From a virus: 64,000 nt of DNA. The notes beneath the pieces are model-generated. The model was not told the origin of the DNA, did no database searches, and saw nothing but the letters and a program-made list of their open reading frames with translations. The DNA lies in IMG/VR virus record IMGVR_UViG_3300013233_000246, positions 29,126 to 93,125 of that record; one strand, 5' to 3'. The translations under genes were made by a program, and so were the position numbers. This document shows, in pieces, positions 11,901 through 21,593 of the stretch; within the stretch, counting starts at the first letter, position 1; each line of letters starts with the position of its first letter.

Positions 11901-12501
11901 GCAGGGTAGCATAGTAGCTTCTAATATTAGAAGAATTGACACCACTGCTTCCGCTTCTTTTGAGTTTGAAGTAGAAATATTAAATGATGGTACTGTAAAT
12001 TATTACTTATTGAATTCAACATCCACGACACAATCAACAGCAAATTACGTTCCATTGACTAAAGATTTATTGTATACGTCTGCCGCTCCCGCACCCATAG
12101 TGGATTATTATGCTGATCTTGCAATGAATGGTGGAAGTGTAGGAATAAATACATCATTGACTTCAAGTCCTGGAAGTACTTTAAAACCACGCCCTGATAA
12201 TTATCCAGTCGGCGGTCGTAGATTGGTTAATAGAGTACCAGATGGTCTATATTTGTCTATTGGTGACTTCACGACTTCTAAAGGACGGTATGAACCACAA
12301 TTTTTGGCTATTGATTATTCACAAAATGTAGATATTTTAATAGATGGTACATTAGTTATATTGATTTTAGAAAACGATATAGATACATTATTGAACGCTG
12401 GCGAAATATCAATATTTGCAAGAGAAGGATTTATCCGCTACAGCGCGGCTGATATAGGCAAAACAATTACCGCCACATACAATGTAATACTTAAACAATA
12501 G
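8902..12501 (+). CDS. large virion protein with beta-propeller/BNR region
   Basis: 1199 aa; SIDGGVTW Asp-box and propeller-like repeats. Confidence 0.65.
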   Translation: MKIEGIVTLVFRDIDTGEITKTVKQDNNITTNWIETSMVTNSTSSSVNQGKFGSKIFISGYLIAFTDPDVYKIPLVHGIGFIETGVTSPTIVNSTSTTHGYGQHQQRFAPPANTININIIGLTYQTSISADTTVIAQAYVKLASTCTQTPTETLDIFYRVQFPYDYFKLPAPPDRNTSGISSLQADIMLDRFFITPTNQDYFNNVSSDWNGTMDYTRLAYKSTRNTGHDLGNVFSGTKTISGDSTLHKMKVDTLITIDKSVGNVIGFLSFGQGSTTGINPWSRGVTDLGVDVIQNIFGHSSTATKPFFDSTQQNSGDGTIALNGSSWTNPNFPKQYRLNITGSGALGIGTYQFQVRNHFGFLNNSYEDMIRSMSGMMEQNKHMHDGFLFTIGTNVGTTADVRERPKIIRYDIDTTNTNVLCINKTEVYVFNLLTQTGVLYNVTNNPTFTPTNITQVTYDSAGTIYVACRDTGIYKISTPLGIPTITHIDNTTTGLTGLLVSKCYGIAIGSGGFLWAAFDGGLFSSIDGGVTWTQATFTNATIISDWNRVKFIQVDPSHADQRMALVYESSTPATGTYLQLSILWWNNNTSTDVQGVQFKSFDRNIQSSYIANTRFLAEEPWTYFDSLKPSPTQNKWGGAMGTTPTTQDSDAYPTYFTFNTNTFIQDINSQLRTFQEHIDWELHSSGSQSIISISSVSTSDARISLYKDDNTFTFNKYKNVNSTSIGDVDSIEKGPVCYLGNLVVLGWQPTATLQYYTIMTCGDKTASGGALNYLLYDSYGWNGSNWVLDNPGSKTIHGTAEVLSDGVTIAFDDNLGTQTFVANDYYTFGVLQGIWLDGSTQITHKTGLYFKNILQNQTTLEVGTLSAIPRSPEIFERKPNISATQMTWQDQFGVTTSTIDTVRTNPSTALYDAGARSIEKITGLGLTNKSPSDTIYGTFTFGLYTNMGGTAASEAIACGLSPASVLTTPIDRASVHYGFELVNVGTGVDNGLMADISIIEQGSIVASNIRRIDTTASASFEFEVEILNDGTVNYYLLNSTSTTQSTANYVPLTKDLLYTSAAPAPIVDYYADLAMNGGSVGINTSLTSSPGSTLKPRPDNYPVGGRRLVNRVPDGLYLSIGDFTTSKGRYEPQFLAIDYSQNVDILIDGTLVILILENDIDTLLNAGEISIFAREGFIRYSAADIGKTITATYNVILKQ

Positions 12502-12552
12502 CCAATATATCATAAATAAGAATAAGTAAAAAAATTCTTATTGGAGATAATA

Positions 12553-15500
12553 GTGGCTCGTATTAATTTTAGACAAGGCATAGTAAGACACGGAAAAACG
12601 CCCAATCAACCATTCTTTCTACAGCAAAATGGAAATGATGTTGATTTATTAATTTCGCCCGAATTAACCACCATCGCCTTTGAAGATGGCGATAAAGACT
12701 ATTTATTCACCGAATCTACCTCAATTTCCAATGCATGGTTGAATTTATCAATTCCGTCGCAAGATTATTGGCTTTATTGGGAACTTGATCGTATTACTGG
12801 TGTGCGCACTTTTGGCACTACAACTTTTGAACCTATTTATTCCCCAACAGCCCCAGTTACCCCAGCGGTTAATCAAATGTGGTTTGATACTAGTATTGGA
12901 AATATTAGTAGTTCCCGTATGCATTACTGGAATGGTAGTGTGTGGATTCACGTATTACGTGTTATAGCATCTAAAGTTAACAATTTTCAGTTCTTTTCCC
13001 CAATAGATGGTTTTTCAGTAGAAAGCAATTATATAGGCACGCAAATAGGTATTACTGGAAACGTCATTTCCAATGTTGGTTCACTTGCGTATGATAAAAA
13101 CGGAAAGCCAATAGTAAATCAAGATGGAAGATTTTTTACAACAGAAGACGTATTCACTACTGGTGTACCGGATGGGGCATCCATAAAAGTAAATAATACC
13201 TTAACTCGCGCTAGAGCTACCGAACCTCTTGGCGCATATCAAGTTGTAGTTTTTGATGATTTTGAGAAAGTTTCCCTTGCGACCACGTTTTTTACTATTG
13301 ATAAAATATATGGCTTGGTGGATGTTCCTGCAATAATAAATCAGACAGTAAATATTATTACAAAAGGTTCTATATTTAACGAAGCGTGGGATTTTTCATC
13401 CACTGGTGCCACGCCACCAATGGAAGGTAGCATCAATTCACCAATATACATTACACCATTGGGTGAGCTTACAACCGATACAGGTTTTGCTATGCCCGGA
13501 CAAATCCCAGTGGGTGCTATTATTGGCAAACAGACAATCTTATTTAGTCCTGGAATTTATGGTACTATAAATGTACCACCTACAACATCACATAGTGGCT
13601 TGGCAAATCTTAATGCTGATGACCATTTACAATATCATAATGATGCAAGGGGAGACATGCGATATTATGAACAGACGGTAGCAGATAGTGTTTTTGCCCC
13701 AATTATACATACACACACAAAGACTGATATCACCGATTTTGCGCATACTCATCTTGAAGCAGACATCACAAATTTAGACAAATATACACAAGCTGAAGTT
13801 GATACATTTGTTAACAATCTCGATGCTATTAAGGTTAATATTTCTGGTTCTACTATGACAGGACCATTAATATTACCTGCTGATCCAACTACATCATTAC
13901 AAGCCGCAACAAAACAGTACGTTGATGCATTGGCTTCTGGTATAGACGCCAAAGAGTCAGTAGTTGTTAGTACAACAGCAGATATTGGTGGAACATATAC
14001 ATCTATAGGTGGTACATCAGGCTCGGGAAGTTTTATTGGTGTAAACATAACTGCATTAGATGGCACTTATTTGACTGATTATGATTTTACTACAAATAAC
14101 AGGGTGTTGGTTAAAGATCAGACTGATCCAAAACAAAACGGCATATATATAGTTACAAACTTTACAACACCGATATCGTCAGATTTAGAACGTGCTCCAG
14201 ATCATGATGGTAGCCCCATTTTTGAAGTTTCTCCCGGCAATTTTGTTTTTGTAACTGATGGTATATCTCTAGCAGGTTCGGGATGGACAATTTTGGGTGG
14301 AACTGCCACAGGACCTAATGGTACAATAGTTTTAAACACAGATAATATTAATTGGGGTCAGGTAGCAGCATCAACACTGTATGAACCAGGGACAAATATA
14401 TCTATAGATGCTAGTAATAATATAAGTGTTATAGATGCATTATCGGGTGGTACAGTAGATGCACTCAAATGGAATAATAATACATTAACTTTGACATTAC
14501 CAGCTACGGGTCAGCCTATAATTTATAATGCTACAACTCCTACATTTGAAAATGCTAGTTTTTCTTTACCATCAAATGTTGGTTTGGGTGATCAAGTTTT
14601 AGTTACTGACGGATTGGGTTCTACTTCATGGACAAATCCGCAAGTTACAAATCCAATGACTTCTAGCTTGGATGTAGCTGGTTTTTCATTAAATAATTCT
14701 TTAGGAACGTTTGTATTACCTACTGATAACGGAACTAATGGATTTATATTATCAACTGATGGCGCAGGTCTAACCTCTTGGATTTCCCCACCAGCTGGTG
14801 GAAATCAAACGCCATGGACATCAAATATAGATGCCGCCGGTTTTAGCTTAATAACATTGGACACCGTAGAAGCTGATGCAAATGCGATAACATTGAATCC
14901 TGGTGATAGCACTGGCGGTGGAATAAACACTGCCGGTGGTGGCGATATAAATTTGCTTGCAGGAAATAATACATATAGTTCTGGATCTGGTGGTGCTATA
15001 AACATAACGGGCGGTAGTCAGCAATACGATTTAAGTGGTAATGGTGGCGATGTTAACATAACAGCTGGCAACACCTCACACACAGGATTTTCACAACCAG
15101 GATCTGTTTTAATTAAAGGTGGCGATACCGCAGCCGCACAAGGCGGTGCTGTATCCCTTTTTGGCGGTGATAGTACAAGTGCATTTGGTCATACTGGACA
15201 AATATTCATATCAACATTAAATTCAACGGCTGGATATGCAGGAAATATATCCATACTTTCTGGAAATACTGGTTATGATGATGGTACAGGCGGTTCTGTT
15301 AATATAGATAGTGGTAATGGATATTATGGTGGAAAAATAACTTTATCACATGGTGCAGGTTCGGGTGGTACTGGAAGTTATTATCAGGGTGCTGTTATAA
15401 TATCATCAAAAAATTCAACATCTGGATTACTGCGAATAAGTTCTGGTGGTACGTATCATGCGGAAATAAATGTTCCTGTTACCTTGGGTTCATATACAAA

Positions 15501-16353
15501 TTTCACATTACCACCAAATAATGGTACTGTTGGACAAGTATTAACTACAGATGGAACAGGAATAACAACTTGGACATCCTCTTCAGGTCTTCAAAATATA
15601 GTAGAGGATTTAACACCTCAATTGGGGGGTGATTTAGATGTTGGATTGTTTAGTATCAAGGGTCCTGATGGTAACACTGTTCCCGGTGGTATTTTAAATT
15701 TACATGGTGGTGATGGACTAATAGATCAACCCGGTGGAGCAGTAAATATAACAGGTGGAACTGGTCAAGGTATTGCATTTGCTGGTAGTGTTAATATAAC
15801 TGGTGGTGCTTGTACTGGCTCTGCTTATGGTGGTGACGTATTATTGCGCCCAGGAGATTCGGCGACAGGAACCGATGGAAGAATTAGAATAGAAGGTCCA
15901 ACATTAACTTCAGAGGGTGAGATAAGATTGGTTCGCCGACAAAATAGTTTATTTGTTGGATTGTCCACACCACCCACCTTATCGGCATCCGTAATTTATA
16001 AGCTTCCCACATCCGACGGTTCAAGTGGAGATGTTTTACAAACAGATGGCTCTGCAAATTTGAGTTTTGTAACACCTTCTGCGCCAGCATCAAAACCATC
16101 ATATGAAAAGATTGCTGTAACAGCTTCACCACCGAGTGACGTAGTAAATACCACAGTTTCTATCATAGCAACTACAGGAAGTCCCCTACAAGCGAGCTTA
16201 CAAGTATTTAGAAATGGTATGTTGCAAGAAGAAGATTTAGATGGAGCCATCCCAATAGTGGGAGACTTTATAGTTTCTGGAGCAAACCAATTGACTTTTG
16301 CACCAGGCACACTATTAAATGGTGACACAATAATAATTTATGTATTTAATTAA
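12553..16353 (+). CDS. long tail fibre protein
   Basis: GGAG SD before GTG at 12553; HTH metal-binding repeats, AATKQYVD, RVLVKDQT..QNGIY, Gly-rich repeats. Confidence 0.75.
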   Translation: MARINFRQGIVRHGKTPNQPFFLQQNGNDVDLLISPELTTIAFEDGDKDYLFTESTSISNAWLNLSIPSQDYWLYWELDRITGVRTFGTTTFEPIYSPTAPVTPAVNQMWFDTSIGNISSSRMHYWNGSVWIHVLRVIASKVNNFQFFSPIDGFSVESNYIGTQIGITGNVISNVGSLAYDKNGKPIVNQDGRFFTTEDVFTTGVPDGASIKVNNTLTRARATEPLGAYQVVVFDDFEKVSLATTFFTIDKIYGLVDVPAIINQTVNIITKGSIFNEAWDFSSTGATPPMEGSINSPIYITPLGELTTDTGFAMPGQIPVGAIIGKQTILFSPGIYGTINVPPTTSHSGLANLNADDHLQYHNDARGDMRYYEQTVADSVFAPIIHTHTKTDITDFAHTHLEADITNLDKYTQAEVDTFVNNLDAIKVNISGSTMTGPLILPADPTTSLQAATKQYVDALASGIDAKESVVVSTTADIGGTYTSIGGTSGSGSFIGVNITALDGTYLTDYDFTTNNRVLVKDQTDPKQNGIYIVTNFTTPISSDLERAPDHDGSPIFEVSPGNFVFVTDGISLAGSGWTILGGTATGPNGTIVLNTDNINWGQVAASTLYEPGTNISIDASNNISVIDALSGGTVDALKWNNNTLTLTLPATGQPIIYNATTPTFENASFSLPSNVGLGDQVLVTDGLGSTSWTNPQVTNPMTSSLDVAGFSLNNSLGTFVLPTDNGTNGFILSTDGAGLTSWISPPAGGNQTPWTSNIDAAGFSLITLDTVEADANAITLNPGDSTGGGINTAGGGDINLLAGNNTYSSGSGGAINITGGSQQYDLSGNGGDVNITAGNTSHTGFSQPGSVLIKGGDTAAAQGGAVSLFGGDSTSAFGHTGQIFISTLNSTAGYAGNISILSGNTGYDDGTGGSVNIDSGNGYYGGKITLSHGAGSGGTGSYYQGAVIISSKNSTSGLLRISSGGTYHAEINVPVTLGSYTNFTLPPNNGTVGQVLTTDGTGITTWTSSSGLQNIVEDLTPQLGGDLDVGLFSIKGPDGNTVPGGILNLHGGDGLIDQPGGAVNITGGTGQGIAFAGSVNITGGACTGSAYGGDVLLRPGDSATGTDGRIRIEGPTLTSEGEIRLVRRQNSLFVGLSTPPTLSASVIYKLPTSDGSSGDVLQTDGSANLSFVTPSAPASKPSYEKIAVTASPPSDVVNTTVSIIATTGSPLQASLQVFRNGMLQEEDLDGAIPIVGDFIVSGANQLTFAPGTLLNGDTIIIYVFN

Positions 16354-16365
16354 GGATAATTAAGA

Positions 16366-18702
16366 ATGGCTAAAATACGCGGCAATCAAACAGAAATAGA
16401 AGAAATCTTAAACGATCCATTAGCAGCGGCGTCAAATATAAAATCTGGTTCTCTTAGGATAGCAACACAAATAGAAGTAGATGCTGGCACCGATACTTTG
16501 ACAGCAGTAACACCAAATACTTTGTCAAATTTTTCTGGGCTTGGATCAATAACACTTAGTGGTTTGACAGATGTTACGATAACAACACCGGTATTGAATG
16601 AAGTATTGACGTATAATGGTTCTACATGGGTAAATCAGGCACCATCTGGCGCAGCCGCAAACAATTGGTTGATAGCTAATAATGGTGTAGATTTCACAAC
16701 ATCACCAACAGCAGCTGGTAGTAATTCTATTTCTATTGGTGATAATGCCCGGAATGTAAATGGTATAAATTCAATAACGCTGGGTACTACCGCCTATGCA
16801 TATAGAACGGGCTGTGTTGCTATTGGTAATGCATCACGAGCAAACCGCGACGGAGCTATTGCTATTGGTGACGGAGCAAATACGAATGGAACAACAAGTA
16901 ATAATGCGGCAAACATTGCCATAGGAACTGGTGCACAAGCCACCGATGGTGGTCCTAATATAGCATTGGGTAAAAATGCATATGCAGCATCAACAGGAAC
17001 TATAGCTATTGGTAGTTCTGCCAACGTTTCTGCTGTTGCATCCTTCGCGACTGTAATTGGCAATCTTTCGTCGTCCTCTTTTGATAGTTGTACTATCATT
17101 GGCGCAGGCTGCGTGTCTTCAACATTCAATCAAACGATTATCGGCAAGGATATTACTTCTGCGGATGTGCCAGTAGATGTTTCATACAGTGTTAAAATTG
17201 GTACTGGTGTTGCTGGCCAACTTAATATGTTACACTTACATACAAAAGGATTATTAGAATTGGTTGGTGACAACGCACAATTTATATTTCCCAATTATAT
17301 TACAGCTTCTATTCCGGCTACAACGACTGAAGGTGGTGCTATATGGGATGCAACAACCAAAGAACTTAAGATTTATAATGGAACTGCATTTACTGCAATT
17401 GGTGGCGGGGGTGGACTCGCCAACATTGTTGAGGATACTACACCACAATTGGGTGGTAATTTAGATGTAAATGGTTTTGATATTATTACTCCATCGAGTT
17501 CAACCGCAACATCACCATCACATATACAAATACGTGGTGGTGACAAAACATATGTTGGTGGTGGATATGCTGCTGATAGTGTACATTTGTATGGTGGATC
17601 TGCGACCAATAATAACCAGGCGGGTGCTGTTTTTTTGCAAGCTGGTAATGCTTCAGGAACAAGCGATGGTGGTGGTATAACAATAGAATCGGGTTCGGCA
17701 ACAGGAACTGGTGCATGTGGTACAGTGAATATACGTGGGGTTGATACATCAGGTGCAACTGTTACTAGCGCAGGCTCTATGGTTTTGCGTGGTGGTAATG
17801 CTTTTGGTAGCGCTACTTCCACTGCTGGTGGTGATATATCTATGTATGGTGGTAGTGCAGTCGGCGGCACTGCTGGTGTAATTACTATAAGGGGTGGCCT
17901 GCCATCTGGTTCAGGAGTATCTTCTACGGTGCCTGGTGCAGTCAACATTACAGCTGGCGGGCATCTTACTACATATGGTAGTGGTTCAGATTTAAACCTT
18001 AAAGCTGGTGCTGGTTTTTTCGGGGCGGGTTTTATTGGTGGTGATGTTAACATTGATGGTGGCCCCGGTAATTCTAATGCTGACGGTGGTCATGTAAATA
18101 TAACAGGTGGCAATACCACATATTTTAGTACACAGAGAACCCCTGGTAATGTAGTAATCGCGGGTGGAACAGGCACAACACTTGCAGATGGTGGTAATAT
18201 ATCTATTGTTGGTGGTGCTGCGACGGGAGCTGCCTATGGCGGCAATGTCACTATTAAAGGAGGTGCTGATGTAGCAGGTAATGGTATTGTTGCTATTGGT
18301 AATAGTACGGACGGTGCTAAATTAGTATTTAATAACGGAACTAAGATTACAATGTCTGGTACTTTGGATGCCACCAACAATGACATTGATAATATTAAGA
18401 CTATTACATTTAACGGTGAAGTTGCTAATACTACAACAACACAGACAGTGGATTGGACTGTTGGTCAAAAACAAAAGACTACTATTACGGCAGCAACCAC
18501 AATCACATTTACTGCTCCAATAGGTCTTGCTAATTTAACACTCAAGATTATTAATGGAGGACTTGGTATAATTACTTGGCCTGTTAGCATTAAATGGCCT
18601 GGCGGTACGGAACCAACATGGACTAGTTCTGGTACTGATATAGTAACGTTCTATTATGATGGGACGGATTATTTTGGCAGCGCAAGTTTGGCATTTGCAT
18701 AA
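16366..18702 (+). CDS. tail fibre/adhesin with YadA-head-like repeats
   Basis: Repeated AIAIG..A units, then Gly-rich GG-V-I-GG repeats; C-terminal WP..IKWPGG..P..T. Confidence 0.75.
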   Translation: MAKIRGNQTEIEEILNDPLAAASNIKSGSLRIATQIEVDAGTDTLTAVTPNTLSNFSGLGSITLSGLTDVTITTPVLNEVLTYNGSTWVNQAPSGAAANNWLIANNGVDFTTSPTAAGSNSISIGDNARNVNGINSITLGTTAYAYRTGCVAIGNASRANRDGAIAIGDGANTNGTTSNNAANIAIGTGAQATDGGPNIALGKNAYAASTGTIAIGSSANVSAVASFATVIGNLSSSSFDSCTIIGAGCVSSTFNQTIIGKDITSADVPVDVSYSVKIGTGVAGQLNMLHLHTKGLLELVGDNAQFIFPNYITASIPATTTEGGAIWDATTKELKIYNGTAFTAIGGGGGLANIVEDTTPQLGGNLDVNGFDIITPSSSTATSPSHIQIRGGDKTYVGGGYAADSVHLYGGSATNNNQAGAVFLQAGNASGTSDGGGITIESGSATGTGACGTVNIRGVDTSGATVTSAGSMVLRGGNAFGSATSTAGGDISMYGGSAVGGTAGVITIRGGLPSGSGVSSTVPGAVNITAGGHLTTYGSGSDLNLKAGAGFFGAGFIGGDVNIDGGPGNSNADGGHVNITGGNTTYFSTQRTPGNVVIAGGTGTTLADGGNISIVGGAATGAAYGGNVTIKGGADVAGNGIVAIGNSTDGAKLVFNNGTKITMSGTLDATNNDIDNIKTITFNGEVANTTTTQTVDWTVGQKQKTTITAATTITFTAPIGLANLTLKIINGGLGIITWPVSIKWPGGTEPTWTSSGTDIVTFYYDGTDYFGSASLAFA

Positions 18703-18742
18703 TAAAATTGGGTTACTGAATATTCAGTAACCCAATTTTATT
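18701..18742. repeat. perfect 42-bp palindrome (probable terminator of the late operon)
   Basis: aataaaattgggttactgaat|attcagtaacccaattttatt. Confidence 0.85.
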
Positions 18743-18774
18743 GCAACTATTTTAAAATAAATGATAAATAAGTA

Positions 18775-18802
18775 TTGACAAGTAATATTTATATGGTATA
18801 AT
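18775..18802 (+). promoter_or_regulatory. sigma70-type promoter for gp32-uvsX
   Basis: TTGACA-16 bp-TATAAT with extended -10 TG. Confidence 0.7.
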
Positions 18803-18884
18803 TTGTCGCATTGATAGGCAATGCTTAAATAACCTATTGATAAGAAAAGCCAATTTAGATAATAAGAAATGAAGGAGAAATGAA

Positions 18885-19808
18885 ATGGCACTCACTATAG
18901 AACAGCTCCAAGCTGTATTCACCAAAAGCGATAACACCGAATCACGTCCAAGCAACTATTACAGGTTCTGGGATATGAAATTTGGCGAAACCGCAACCGT
19001 ACGTTTTTTACCAGACGCTAATGAAAATAACCCATTAGGATTCATGGTTGAAAAACTTATGCACAACCTTACAATTAACGGCGAACGTCGTTCAGTACCT
19101 TGTCGCAAGATGGTCAATGAAGATTGCCCTATTTGTAGTGTATCAACTGCTTTCTATAAAGAAGAAGGTGATGGTTCGCAAAACGGAAAAAATTACTGGC
19201 GTAAAAAGCAACATCTTGTTCAAGCGTTAATCATCGAAGATCCACTGGCTCCAGATGCAACCACGGGCGAAAATTCTGAAGGAAAAGTTTGCTACCTTAA
19301 TTTAGGTTACCAACTTTACAGTGTTATCAAAGAATCACTTACAAGTGGCGACCTTGATGCAATACCATTTGATTATGAAAATGGTTATGATTTTATCATC
19401 AAGAAGACAGAAGGTCAAGGTGGTAATCCAAAATATGATGTTGGTTCAAAATTCTCGCGTCGTAGCACATCCTTAACCGAAGATGAAATTGCGTTTGTAA
19501 AAGATGAAATGATTGACTTGTCAACATTAATTCCTAGTGCAATGGATCTTGATAAAATGGAAGCTATGTTAACAGCTTCACTTACAGGTGAACATTATGA
19601 AGATGGTAATTCATCTGGCGGTAATGCAACCACAGCATCAACAACTACAGAATCTACACCAGTAGTATCTGCCGTTGAATCTACACCAATTGTTGAAGTT
19701 GAATCTACACCAGTAGAAACTCAAACTGAAACATCGGCTGAATATTCTGAAAAGGGTGACGCTGTTTTGGAAATGATTCGGAAACGTCAACAAAAATCCG
19801 CAGAATAA
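18885..19808 (+). CDS. ssDNA-binding protein (T4 gp32-like)
   Basis: ATVRFLP, Zn ligands H..C..CPIC, GYDFIIK, acidic tail. Confidence 0.9.
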   Translation: MALTIEQLQAVFTKSDNTESRPSNYYRFWDMKFGETATVRFLPDANENNPLGFMVEKLMHNLTINGERRSVPCRKMVNEDCPICSVSTAFYKEEGDGSQNGKNYWRKKQHLVQALIIEDPLAPDATTGENSEGKVCYLNLGYQLYSVIKESLTSGDLDAIPFDYENGYDFIIKKTEGQGGNPKYDVGSKFSRRSTSLTEDEIAFVKDEMIDLSTLIPSAMDLDKMEAMLTASLTGEHYEDGNSSGGNATTASTTTESTPVVSAVESTPIVEVESTPVETQTETSAEYSEKGDAVLEMIRKRQQKSAE

Positions 19809-19819
19809 GGTAACTTGTT

Positions 19820-20902
19820 ATGGCTGATTTTCTCAAAGGTATAAACAAAAAACTTGAGAAATCTGGATTCGATGTGGGTGAAGCACTTCCCCCACGTTGG
19901 TGGATTTCAACTGGTAATTTTGTTTTAAATAAGATTACATCAAAACAATTTAAACGTGGTATTCCACAGGGACGTTTGACTGGGTTGACAGGGCCATCAG
20001 GAGCAGGTAAGTCATATGTACTTTGTAATATTATGCGTGAAGCACAAAAAGAAGGATGTGTTGTTGTGGCGATTGATTCTGAAAATGCATTAGACGATGA
20101 TTTTGTTAGTGCGATTGGAGTTGATATAAGTGACGATAAATATTCACATATTCACGTCGATACTATTGCTGATGTTATTAGTGTAACGTCTACTATCATA
20201 CAAGGTTATAAAGCAGATTACGGTGAAGATGTAAATGCACCAAAAGTTTTTATTGGTTGTGACAGTCTTGATATGTTGATAACAGATACAGAAATGGATA
20301 ATTATACCAAGAAGGGTATTGTTAAAGGCGACCAAGGACAAAAGAATAAGCAGTTGAAGGCTATGCTCCGTCCATTAGTACATGCTATAAAAAAACTTAA
20401 CGTGGCGATGGTTGTTACGGATCAAGTTTACAAAAATCAAGATACAATGAATGGTGAAGGTACTTGGATAATTAAAGATGCAGTTCAATATTCATTGTCC
20501 CAAATAATATTGATAACTAAACTTAAGCTAAAAAATGATAAAGCTGATAAACAACACATTACTGGTATTAAGATGAAGTGCTTGGCGTATAAGACACGCT
20601 TTGCACAACCATTTCAATCAGTTACTATCGAAGTCCCATATGAAACTGGAATGGACCCATATAATGGATTATTAGAAGTTGCTAAAGAACTTGGTGTTAT
20701 CACACAGGCTGGATCTTGGTATGCATTTAATGGAAAAAAATTCCAATCCAAAAATTTTGATGAAATAGCTGAAGAAGTGTTGGGAGAATGCGACAAATTA
20801 AATGTTGATTTCCTTGAAGCTGCAATGGAAGATTTAGAAGAAGTTGGTGTTCCTAAGCCAATATCACGGGAAGATAAAATCTCCAATAAGCTTGATAATT
20901 GA
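19820..20902 (+). CDS. uvsX: UvsX/RecA-like recombinase
   Basis: ISTGN..LN, GPSGAGKS Walker A, IDSENA, DSL. Confidence 0.92.
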   Translation: MADFLKGINKKLEKSGFDVGEALPPRWWISTGNFVLNKITSKQFKRGIPQGRLTGLTGPSGAGKSYVLCNIMREAQKEGCVVVAIDSENALDDDFVSAIGVDISDDKYSHIHVDTIADVISVTSTIIQGYKADYGEDVNAPKVFIGCDSLDMLITDTEMDNYTKKGIVKGDQGQKNKQLKAMLRPLVHAIKKLNVAMVVTDQVYKNQDTMNGEGTWIIKDAVQYSLSQIILITKLKLKNDKADKQHITGIKMKCLAYKTRFAQPFQSVTIEVPYETGMDPYNGLLEVAKELGVITQAGSWYAFNGKKFQSKNFDEIAEEVLGECDKLNVDFLEAAMEDLEEVGVPKPISREDKISNKLDN

Positions 20903-20915
20903 TACAAAATATCCC

Positions 20916-20965
20916 TTGACTTTTGTAACCATATAGTGTATACTGTGCGCTATATGGTTATTTTA
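20916..20965 (+). promoter_or_regulatory. sigma70 promoter overlapping a terminator-like hairpin
   Basis: TTGACT-17-TATACT inside inverted repeat taaccatatag...ctatatggtta followed by a T-run. Confidence 0.55.
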
Positions 20966-20981
20966 GTTTTAAGAGAATATA

Positions 20982-21554
20982 ATGTTTACCCACCAAATTA
21001 AATCAGTTAGACGCCCAGCGGAACTAATGAAAGACAATATGATTGTTAAGCATTACGCCGGTTCTATTTCGTATGGCACAAATCTACCAACGTCCGACGT
21101 GGACTTTCGTGGTGTATTTTGTGCCGACCCAATTAATATCCTCGCACCTTTTCACGTTATTAAAGAATGTAAAGATCAAGATGAAGAAGATACTAAGTTG
21201 TTTGAATTAAGACACTTCTTTAAACTGTGTGTGGATTGTAACCCAAATATTATTGAAACATTATGGGTTGATGATTCAGATATCGTCTTTCACACTCAGG
21301 TATATGATTATATTCGTAGTTATCGAAATGATTTATTATCGCAAAAGATTGCCTATACAACTTCAGGGTATGCGATAGCTCAATTAAAGCGGCTGAAAAG
21401 TGCTAAGAAACATGTTAATTATTTACCAGATTTAATACAGTTGTGTAAATTATTATCGAACGCTGTTATAGATGGCATTATAGATGAAGAGTTTATAGAT
21501 ATTAATTGTGGAAACAAAGTACTTACTTTTATGCGGGAAAATAAATACATATGA
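20982..21554 (+). CDS. RlaP-like (Pol-beta superfamily) nucleotidyltransferase, N-terminal half
   Basis: GSISYGTN...SDVDFRGVF, NPNIIETL, GYA..QL. Confidence 0.85.
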   Translation: MFTHQIKSVRRPAELMKDNMIVKHYAGSISYGTNLPTSDVDFRGVFCADPINILAPFHVIKECKDQDEEDTKLFELRHFFKLCVDCNPNIIETLWVDDSDIVFHTQVYDYIRSYRNDLLSQKIAYTTSGYAIAQLKRLKSAKKHVNYLPDLIQLCKLLSNAVIDGIIDEEFIDINCGNKVLTFMRENKYI

Positions 21555-21593
21555 TAAATACTTACACACAATTGGCGTGTATAAGGAGTCATA

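Noticed and set aside
561-18053. Many antisense ORFs under the tail genes
   Set aside because: Codon-bias shadows of long plus-strand genes with no motifs of their own.
5378-18702. Diversity-generating retroelement acting on fibre tips
   Set aside because: No reverse transcriptase and no TR/VR pair seen in the window.
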